From an uncultured bacterium (GTDB lineage: Bacteria; Oederibacteriota; PGYV01; CAWJRG01): a stretch of DNA of 64,000 nt. Positions 56,737 to 64,000 of this stretch are shown piece after piece. Both the position numbers and the translations under genes were made by a program. Each line of letters begins with the position of its first letter. Position 1 is the first letter of the stretch. The notes beneath the pieces were generated by a model, which was not told the DNA's origin, did no database searches, and worked only from the letters and a program-made list of their open reading frames with translations. Where the stretch lies: positions 704,001-768,000 of the forward strand of contig CAWJRG010000010.1 in the NCBI GenBank assembly GCA_963845185.1, in the 5' to 3' direction.

Positions 56737-57795
56737 TCACGCTTCTATTATTTTTTGCTTCTGAATGCCTTTTAAAATTTTCTCAATTATTCTTAATACA
56801 TAACCAACTTCAATATCCAGGCATTCATGCTTCCTGTTACATTCAATAAGCTCACAGCCCCGGCAGGAAGTATCTTTTATGATAACAAAGGATTTATTCC
56901 CGCATGCCATCCAGCCTTCGTAAAAAGCGGCACCGCTGAATATAGTAAGTGTTTTTTTATTAAAAACCTGCCCTATATGCACTGCAGCTGAATCTCCTCC
57001 AATAACCATAAAAGAATTCTTAATCAAACTCCCAAGTTCTTTTATATCCAATTTCCCGGCTAAATTAAGTATATTTTCCGCTTTAAATTCATTAATTCCT
57101 TTATCTTCTGCTAAACCGACAATAACAATTTTAAGCTTTTTGGAAAGATTGTCTGCTAATGTACTAAACCTTTCTATTCCCCAATCTTTGGATATATGAC
57201 CGGAAACCGGATGAATTACAATATAATTGTGTATTTTATTTTCTTTTAATATGGATTTGACTTTTTTTTCTGACTCTTTTGATATTGAAAATCCAAATTT
57301 TATTTCTGGTTTTTTAGTTATTCCCAGGTACTTTAAAATCGCAAAATTTTTAAATATTTCATGATCTTTTTTATCTGGCAATTTAATTTTTGTGTCTATC
57401 CCGAATCCCATACTTTTGACATTATAACCAAATTTATTTTTTGCTTTTGAAAGCGACATAATCAACGAGGTAAGCCGGTCCTGGTACCTCATTCCTATTA
57501 AAATATCAAATTTTTCTTTGTTTATAATACTGACAAATCTCAAAGCAGACAATATTCTTTTTATTAATGATACTTTTTTGTATTTCAGCCAAAGTGGGTC
57601 TATTATTTTTATATCATTAAATAGATTTAAGCCGTCAAGTACTTCCCTGCCGGCTGGGCTTAAAAAGGCAGTGATATTGGCATGTTTGAAGTTTTTTCTT
57701 AATTCAAAAAAAAATGGGGATGCAAGCACTGCATCCCCTATATTATCGGTTTTAATAACCCCGATTTTTAGGCTTTTCATCTTTTTAGTTTGCAT
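56737..57795 (-). CDS. Glycosyltransferase family 9 (heptosyltransferase-like)
   Basis: IGDAVL, IHP...K.W, DSAAVHI. Confidence 0.88.
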   Translation of the reverse strand: MQTKKMKSLKIGVIKTDNIGDAVLASPFFFELRKNFKHANITAFLSPAGREVLDGLNLFNDIKIIDPLWLKYKKVSLIKRILSALRFVSIINKEKFDILIGMRYQDRLTSLIMSLSKAKNKFGYNVKSMGFGIDTKIKLPDKKDHEIFKNFAILKYLGITKKPEIKFGFSISKESEKKVKSILKENKIHNYIVIHPVSGHISKDWGIERFSTLADNLSKKLKIVIVGLAEDKGINEFKAENILNLAGKLDIKELGSLIKNSFMVIGGDSAAVHIGQVFNKKTLTIFSGAAFYEGWMACGNKSFVIIKDTSCRGCELIECNRKHECLDIEVGYVLRIIEKILKGIQKQKIIEA

Positions 57796-57806
57796 AAGGT
57801 ATCCTT

Positions 57807-59546
57807 TTAATCAAGGAATCCTTTTAAATTTTTTGCCCTTGCTGGATGACGTAATTTTCTTAATGCTTTTGCTTCAATCTGTCTTACTCTTTCCCTTGTG
57901 ACTTTAAATATTTTACCGACTTCTTCAAGTGTATGAGGTACTCCGTCTCCGATTCCAAACCTTAACCTTAAAACTTCCGCTTCCCTGTCTTTTAAGCTGT
58001 GAAGTACCTTTTCAATCTGCTCTTTTAAAAGCACGTTAACTGCTGCTGAAGCCGGAGAAATTGCCTCTTTATCTTCAATAAAATCGCCTAGATTGGAATC
58101 TTTTTCCTCTCCTATAGGAGTTTCAAGGGATATTGGGTGCTGGGATATTCTTAAAACTGCCCTGACCTTTTCAATTGACATTCCCATCTTTTTTCCCAGT
58201 TCCTCAGGTTTAGGTTCCCTGCCTGACTGCTGGACAAATATCCGCGCGACTTTATTAAGTTTATTTATCGTTTCTATCATATGGACTGGGATTCTTATTG
58301 TTCTTGCCTGATCTGCTATTGCCCTAGTTATGGCCTGGCGTATCCACCATGTCGCGTACGTACTGAATTTATAACCGCGTTTATATTCAAACCTCTCGAC
58401 AGCCCTCATCAAGCCAATATTGCCTTCCTGGATTAAATCAAGGAATGAAAGTCCTTTATTTAGATATTTTTTTGCGATGCTTACAACCAGCCTGAGGTTT
58501 GCAACAACCAATTCTTTCCTTGTTCTCCGCGCCTCTTCCATATTTCTGCGTATAATGCTTGCTAACTTCTTTAAATCCTCCTTTTTCATATCTATTATTT
58601 CTTCTTCTTTATGGATATTGTTTAAAATAATTTTTACTTTTTCAAGCTGCTTTTTAAACTCATTTTTTTTCACTTTGGACTTTTTTAAAAATTTTTTAAG
58701 CATATTTTTGTTTTTAAGCATTATCTTTATTTCAAATACTTTTTTCCCTATTTTATTTTCAACTTCGGCTTGTTCTTTTTCTTCCTTATTTACTTTCTCT
58801 GCAATGTTAAGGGTTTTCTTGGCAATTATATTTATCTGATCGTTATTAAGCTTGAGCATATGCAGATAATCCCTTTTCTTTTTCTTAAATAGTTCCAGTT
58901 TTCTCCCAAGCCTGGTCTTTTTGGTGTCTTTTATCCTGCTGTTTTTCAACCGGTCTTTAATATTCTCTATTTCTTTCTCCATCTTTTCCGCTTGCAGTAT
59001 ATATTTATTAAATCTTTCCTGCAGGCGTTTTTCAATTGATGGGGGAATATCGCCTTCGAGTTTTGTTTTTATTATATCTGTTATTCTTATTGTCCCTTTT
59101 TTAAGATCGTCATTTATCTTTCCAAGTTCTTCAAAACCGATTTTTGTGTCAAATAAAGCATTTTTAACATTTATCTCAGCGTTTTCGATTTTTTTTGCTA
59201 GTCTTACTTCATCTTCTCTTCTTTCAAGTAAAGGCACCTTTCCCATTTCATGGAGATACATCTGAACAGGATCTGCTGAAAAGCCTTCTTCATCAAGGAA
59301 TTCCATATCCTCTGTCTTTTCGGCTGTTTTTCCGGATAAAATCTTGTCAATTTTACCCTCTTCCCTTATTTCAATATCCATTTCATCCATTATATTAAGC
59401 ATATCATCTATGTCTTCAACAGATGTAAAATCTCCAGGCAAAGAATCATTCAGTTCTTCATAGGTTAAAAAACCCTTTTCCTTGCCCCTTTTTATCAATT
59501 CCTGTACTTCAGGTAGATTTTTAAGGTTTTTACTCAATTTTTCCAC
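57807..59546 (-). CDS. rpoD: Primary RNA polymerase sigma factor
   Basis: Region 1.1, [29 protein letters not shown]. Confidence 0.97.
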   Translation of the reverse strand: MEKLSKNLKNLPEVQELIKRGKEKGFLTYEELNDSLPGDFTSVEDIDDMLNIMDEMDIEIREEGKIDKILSGKTAEKTEDMEFLDEEGFSADPVQMYLHEMGKVPLLERREDEVRLAKKIENAEINVKNALFDTKIGFEELGKINDDLKKGTIRITDIIKTKLEGDIPPSIEKRLQERFNKYILQAEKMEKEIENIKDRLKNSRIKDTKKTRLGRKLELFKKKKRDYLHMLKLNNDQINIIAKKTLNIAEKVNKEEKEQAEVENKIGKKVFEIKIMLKNKNMLKKFLKKSKVKKNEFKKQLEKVKIILNNIHKEEEIIDMKKEDLKKLASIIRRNMEEARRTRKELVVANLRLVVSIAKKYLNKGLSFLDLIQEGNIGLMRAVERFEYKRGYKFSTYATWWIRQAITRAIADQARTIRIPVHMIETINKLNKVARIFVQQSGREPKPEELGKKMGMSIEKVRAVLRISQHPISLETPIGEEKDSNLGDFIEDKEAISPASAAVNVLLKEQIEKVLHSLKDREAEVLRLRFGIGDGVPHTLEEVGKIFKVTRERVRQIEAKALRKLRHPARAKNLKGFLD

Positions 59547-61357
59547 CTCGTCTGCTGCAATAATTTTTGAAATTCTTGTTTTTGTTTTAAATAATCTTCT
59601 AGTTCTGTAAGTTTGTTTTGTCTTTCTGCTTCTTTTATTCTGTCGTTCAACATAATAATCTGCCGGCTAATCTTCTCCTTATTTATTTTTGCATAACAAT
59701 CGTCAATTATTTGAACACTGCTTTCAGTGTTCTTTTTATTTTTGGTTGTCTTGTCTGATGCTTTCTCTTCACTCTCAGCCAGTAGTTCTGCTATTATTTT
59801 ATTTGCTTCTTCCTTGTCAATATAGTCTGTTTCAATTTTTTTTAAAACTTCCGTTTCTCCATTTTTAAAATATTCCTCTATTTTTTTTAAAATTTCTGCG
59901 TACAATTTATGCCTGAAATCTTCATATGAAATTTCCATTAATTCTTTCTTGCTTATAACATGTTTTAAAATCAAATATTCATCCTCCTTATTAAAGGCGC
60001 TTAATGCTATACTTAGCAACATTTTTTCAGCCATAATAATGCCTCTTTCTTTCATGGTTTCTTCCTGCGGCATTGCTGGTTCAATGTTATTTTTCCTTAT
60101 TAAATCTTTATTAAAGTATGAGTTTATTATTTCCTCGGATAAATTTAATTTTTCGGCTAATTTTTTAATGCCCTGGTTCTTTACAATTAGATTATCAACC
60201 TTTTCAAGCATAGGCAAAACATCTTTAATCACTTTTTCTTTGTAATAAACATTCTTAATATCGCCTTTCTTCGCCAGATAATCAAGTTTAAAATCTATAA
60301 AAGGAAATGAATTTTTAATATGTTCAACCAGTGCGTTTGCCCCAAATTTTTTAATAAAATCGTCAGGATCTTTGCAATTTTCAAAATGTACTACAAAACA
60401 TTCAATTCCTTCAGTAAACAATACTTCTCCTCCCCGCACTGAACCTAGTATTCCGGCGTCGTCCATATCGTACATTAAAACAACTTTATTTACATACCTT
60501 TTCAAAAGTTTTGCCTGTTCTTGAGTTAAGGCCGTGCCAAGCGTTGCTACCACATTTTTAATGCCGTGCCTGTAAAGGGCTATTGCATCCATATATCCTT
60601 CAACGATTACGATATAATCTTCCTTGTATTTTCTGGCGTTGTTTAAATTATATAAGTTTTTACCTTTTATATATATTTCTGTTTCTTTTAAATTAATATA
60701 TTTTGGCAACGAGTCGTCAAGCACCCTTCCACCAAACGCAATAATTTCACCATAAACATTCAAAATTGGAAATATAAGTCTGCCTCTGAAAACGTCCCAT
60801 ATCCCGTTTTCTCTACGCTGGCTCATTCCTGATTTTAATATTACTTCATCATTTTTGAATTTTTCTTTAAGTATGTTGTAAAGGCTTGCTTGATTCTTTA
60901 GGGCATATCCTAGCTGAAATTCATCAATCGTAGCTGTATCTATTTGCCTGCTTTTTATATAATTAGCAACTTCGTTATTTTCATTTATGTTTTTTTTATA
61001 AAAATTCATTGCTTCTTTATATATTTCCATGAATTTTTCTTTCAAATCCTGCTTTTGGCTATTCTGCACAAAATCAAGTTCTATATTGGCCTTTTTTGCC
61101 AGAAACTTTACGCTTTCAATGAACGGGACATTTTCAATTTTTTCAATAAAGGTAAAAACGTTGCCACCCGCGCCGCATCCAAAACAATGATAAATCTGCT
61201 TTTCGGGACTTACTATAAACGAAGGCGTTTTTTCCTGATGAAAGGGGCAAAGCGCCTTATAATTGTTCCCTGTCTTTTTTAAAGACAATCTCTCTGAAAT
61301 AACATCGACAATGTCATTTGCATTTTTAATTTCTTCTATTTTCTCCGGAGAAATCAA
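59534..61357 (-). CDS. dnaG: DNA primase
   Basis: [26 protein letters not shown]. Confidence 0.97.
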   Translation of the reverse strand: MISPEKIEEIKNANDIVDVISERLSLKKTGNNYKALCPFHQEKTPSFIVSPEKQIYHCFGCGAGGNVFTFIEKIENVPFIESVKFLAKKANIELDFVQNSQKQDLKEKFMEIYKEAMNFYKKNINENNEVANYIKSRQIDTATIDEFQLGYALKNQASLYNILKEKFKNDEVILKSGMSQRRENGIWDVFRGRLIFPILNVYGEIIAFGGRVLDDSLPKYINLKETEIYIKGKNLYNLNNARKYKEDYIVIVEGYMDAIALYRHGIKNVVATLGTALTQEQAKLLKRYVNKVVLMYDMDDAGILGSVRGGEVLFTEGIECFVVHFENCKDPDDFIKKFGANALVEHIKNSFPFIDFKLDYLAKKGDIKNVYYKEKVIKDVLPMLEKVDNLIVKNQGIKKLAEKLNLSEEIINSYFNKDLIRKNNIEPAMPQEETMKERGIIMAEKMLLSIALSAFNKEDEYLILKHVISKKELMEISYEDFRHKLYAEILKKIEEYFKNGETEVLKKIETDYIDKEEANKIIAELLAESEEKASDKTTKNKKNTESSVQIIDDCYAKINKEKISRQIIMLNDRIKEAERQNKLTELEDYLKQKQEFQKLLQQTRWKN

Positions 61358-61373
61358 ATTTGCTCCTCTGTAA

Positions 61374-61832
61374 TCATTTTTTGCCGTTTATAATTTTAAA
61401 AAGCGACTTTATGAGCCTGTCTTTGTCTTCTTTACTGTACGCTCTGGGACCTTTAATCTTTACAGCCTTGCCTTTTTTACTTCTTCTCAGTCTTTTTTTT
61501 ATATGAAGTTCCTGGAATTTTATTTCTAGGTCTTTTTCGTTTAATATACTGCCATTGGAATTAATCACGTACACGCCTTTTCCAGCGAGAAAAAGCCCGA
61601 GTCCTGTGTCATTTGTGATTGCTACGTCGCCGGCTTCAGCAATATTCATGATTTTAATATCTGCTTCTTGTTTTCTGTTATCCACAAGCACAACTCGCGC
61701 TTTTTGTAACTCCGGCTTTTCGGAAAAATGCGCAACGCTCGTGACAATAATAACTTCCAAGCCGCTTTTTACGCCTACCTCTATTATTTCCTCTTTTAAC
61801 GGTTGGGCATCTCCGTCAACTATAATTTTCAT
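61374..61832 (-). CDS. yaiI: YaiI/YqxD (DUF188) family protein
   Basis: KIIVDGDA, EADIKI, GDVAITND. Confidence 0.85.
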   Translation of the reverse strand: MKIIVDGDAQPLKEEIIEVGVKSGLEVIIVTSVAHFSEKPELQKARVVLVDNRKQEADIKIMNIAEAGDVAITNDTGLGLFLAGKGVYVINSNGSILNEKDLEIKFQELHIKKRLRRSKKGKAVKIKGPRAYSKEDKDRLIKSLFKIINGKK

Positions 61833-62786
61833 TTATCTCTTTATTCTTATGAAACCTGATGTCTCGTATATCTTTAAATTTCCGGTCTGTTTTTCAATCT
61901 CGTCAAAAAGTATGTTCATTCCGAGGCTGTCTGAGGATATATGTCCGGCCACAACTGCATTTAAATTTGCTTCCTCTAAAGCCTTTTTATGGTCAGGTGA
62001 AAAATGCATGCCGACCACTGTGTCGACACCAGCAAGAGAAAGCCTCCTGTAGATCTCCTTCGGCCCCTCGGTCCCGCCTGTCATATCCACAAAAATTTTG
62101 CTTGTCTTTCTTTTCTTGTCCCCGACAAGCAGTGCAGGCCCTGAACCGCGCTTTGTATACTCCTGGTACTCAGGTTCTTGCATTAGCATATCAATTATAT
62201 CTCCAATTGTTTTTGGTTTTTCAGTATCAAATTTTTTCTGCAAATATGTAGCCACACAGTTGTCCGCCGGCGTATGCGCATTCATTATTTGAATGTTCAA
62301 AAGCCGTGCCGCGTCATAGGTCCTGTAATGGTTAGCGGCCATTACCTTTTCGCGCACTTCTTTTTTCCTCTTTGATATCAAGTCTTCGGCTGCGGATATT
62401 GTAACACCAAAATTTCTAAATATATCAGCCTGCATATCCATGACATCATAAAAATTCGCATATGCTTTTGCCTCTGGATGGTGTGCAAATACAAGGTCTA
62501 TTTTTATGCCTTTTTCTTTCATCCTTTCGGCCAACAGTATTTCCCCTACTTCCATGTCTATGCCAGCAAGTATTGTCTTAATTTCTTCATTTGTATCAAA
62601 AACAATTCTCGTATCAGCGTAAGGATTTGTCAATTTTTCCTTGTCATAATATTGTTTCTCTTTTTCAGAAAGCGCGTTGTAGCTTTTCTCCTCGCTTTTT
62701 AGGAATTCCTGTACTTCTTTCTCGCCCCTCGGGTCGTTTTTTATACCAAAAGTGTACGCAATTTTATAAATTTCAGTTAATTTCAT
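61833..62786 (-). CDS. NIF3-like protein
   Basis: NPYADTR, AHHPE, HTPADN, DMTGGTEG, AGHISSD. Confidence 0.85.
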   Translation of the reverse strand: MKLTEIYKIAYTFGIKNDPRGEKEVQEFLKSEEKSYNALSEKEKQYYDKEKLTNPYADTRIVFDTNEEIKTILAGIDMEVGEILLAERMKEKGIKIDLVFAHHPEAKAYANFYDVMDMQADIFRNFGVTISAAEDLISKRKKEVREKVMAANHYRTYDAARLLNIQIMNAHTPADNCVATYLQKKFDTEKPKTIGDIIDMLMQEPEYQEYTKRGSGPALLVGDKKRKTSKIFVDMTGGTEGPKEIYRRLSLAGVDTVVGMHFSPDHKKALEEANLNAVVAGHISSDSLGMNILFDEIEKQTGNLKIYETSGFIRIKR

Positions 62787-63400
62787 TCTTTTTTCTCCTT
62801 TACCGGGACCGAAATAAATTTATTCCCATTTATTATAAACCGCCATTTCTTGCCCAGTCCCTGCTTTATTCCTATTCTGTTTGTTGCTGTTATTCTAACC
62901 TTTTCATTTACCGGGCCTAAGGCAACGTATATATAACCAGATGTCAAATCCATGCCGTTTTCTGCTTTTCCTATTTTAAGCGCCTGGGTCAATTTCCCGG
63001 GGCCGTTTGTCAGGAGCCTGATGTCGTCGGTTTTTCTGTTTTTCTTCATTTCATGTATGCCTGATACCGGCTCCAGAGCCCTTATTAAAACAGCACCTGC
63101 AGTCCCTTCTTTTTCCGTGACTATATTAAACAAGTAGTGATTTCCATAACAAAAATATACATAAGCGTAACCAGGCGGGCCGAACATTATTGAATTTCTT
63201 TTAGTTTTTTTCCTGTATGCGTGGCTGCCGGGGTCATTTTGGCCTCTGTACGCCTCCACTTCCACAATTTTTCCGGCAAGTACTTCCCCTTTATATATTC
63301 TGAACAGGTATTTACCAAGTAAATTTTTTGCTACAATTAAGGTATTTTTGTTAAAGAAGTTTCTATTGAGTTTTTTCAGTTTTAAGGAAATGAATTTCAG
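62783..63400 (-). CDS. mpg: DNA-3-methyladenine glycosylase (MPG); start uncertain
   Basis: VAKNLLGKYL..IVEVEAY, YVYFCYG, AVLIRA, NGPGKL; frame stays open upstream of the called GTG. Confidence 0.9.
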   Translation of the reverse strand: MKFISLKLKKLNRNFFNKNTLIVAKNLLGKYLFRIYKGEVLAGKIVEVEAYRGQNDPGSHAYRKKTKRNSIMFGPPGYAYVYFCYGNHYLFNIVTEKEGTAGAVLIRALEPVSGIHEMKKNRKTDDIRLLTNGPGKLTQALKIGKAENGMDLTSGYIYVALGPVNEKVRITATNRIGIKQGLGKKWRFIINGNKFISVPVKEKKE

Positions 63401-63408
63401 CCCTTCCT

Positions 63409-63858
63409 TTAAGCTTTTGGTAATACTTCTTTTACTATAGCGTTAATTTTATTACCGTCCGCTTTTCCTTTGACCTTCGGCATTATTTTTCCCATTACTT
63501 TTCCCATGTCCTTTACTGTCACATTGCCAAATTCTTTTATTGTTTCATCAACAATCTTTTTTATTTCTTCATCGGACAGCTGCTCAGGCAGGTACTGCTT
63601 TAATACCTGCATTTCCGATTCTTCTTTTTCCACAAGGTCATGCCTATTGCCTTTTCTAAAGCTCTCTATTGATTCATTATGGGATTTGACAATGGAAAAA
63701 ATGACCTCTCCTATTTCCTCATCAGTCAAAGTTTTCCCTTTTTTTATCTCGGTATTGGTAATTCCCGTTTTGATTTGCCTTAGTGTGCTTACTTTCAGTT
63801 CTTGCTTTGCTTTTAAGGCTGTTTTTAGGTCGTCGTTTATTTTATCGAGTAAACTCAT
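63409..63858 (-). CDS. yqeY: GatB/YqeY domain protein
   Basis: [22 protein letters not shown]. Confidence 0.93.
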   Translation of the reverse strand: MSLLDKINDDLKTALKAKQELKVSTLRQIKTGITNTEIKKGKTLTDEEIGEVIFSIVKSHNESIESFRKGNRHDLVEKEESEMQVLKQYLPEQLSDEEIKKIVDETIKEFGNVTVKDMGKVMGKIMPKVKGKADGNKINAIVKEVLPKA

Positions 63859-64000
63859 CTTTTAATTTTTTTCTTCTTTCTTTTCTTATTGGCAGCCCAC
63901 ATTTTCTGTTTTCTTTTTACGCTTGGCGGCTCATAATATTCTCTTTTTTTCATTTCCTGAAGAATACCAGCGTCCTGTACTTTCTTTTTGAAGCGTTTCA
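63855..64000 (-). CDS. rpsU: 30S ribosomal protein S21 (5' end outside the window)
   Basis: [30 protein letters not shown]...; TGA overlaps the yqeY ATG. Confidence 0.92.
   Translation of the reverse strand, partial: KRFKKKVQDAGILQEMKKREYYEPPSVKRKQKMWAANKKRKKKKIKR

Overview
64 kb of chromosome from a low-GC, diderm, probably anaerobic bacterium (LPS-type GT9, secretin, TonB-dependent receptor, class III RNR). The many secreted proteins with Thr/Pro linkers and an FlgD-Ig/T9SS-like C-terminal domain suggest a candidate phylum such as Goldbacteria, Firestonebacteria or FCPU426 (inference only). Core content: metK-ahcY-tRNA-Cys, a two-gene Tad locus, nrdD/nrdG, miaB with an ECF transporter, gltBD, queA, and rpsU-yqeY-mpg-nif3-yaiI-dnaG-rpoD running into an envelope-glycosylation cluster. 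No CRISPR array, integrase, transposase or reverse transcriptase was seen. Most notable observations: (1) the class III RNR is split, with the glycyl-radical domain on a separate 67-aa gene and similar helices added to both new termini; (2) a structured motif abutting the RBS is shared by metK and cpaF; (3) a TPP riboswitch sits ahead of an AIR-synthase-like enzyme and a TonB receptor; (4) TadZ/CpaE is fused to TadA/CpaF; (5) a family of modular secreted proteins shares a C-terminal domain and shows rapid turnover; (6) the gltB leader carries two terminator hairpins. All calls come from reading the sequence and the supplied ORF track; no database searches were run.
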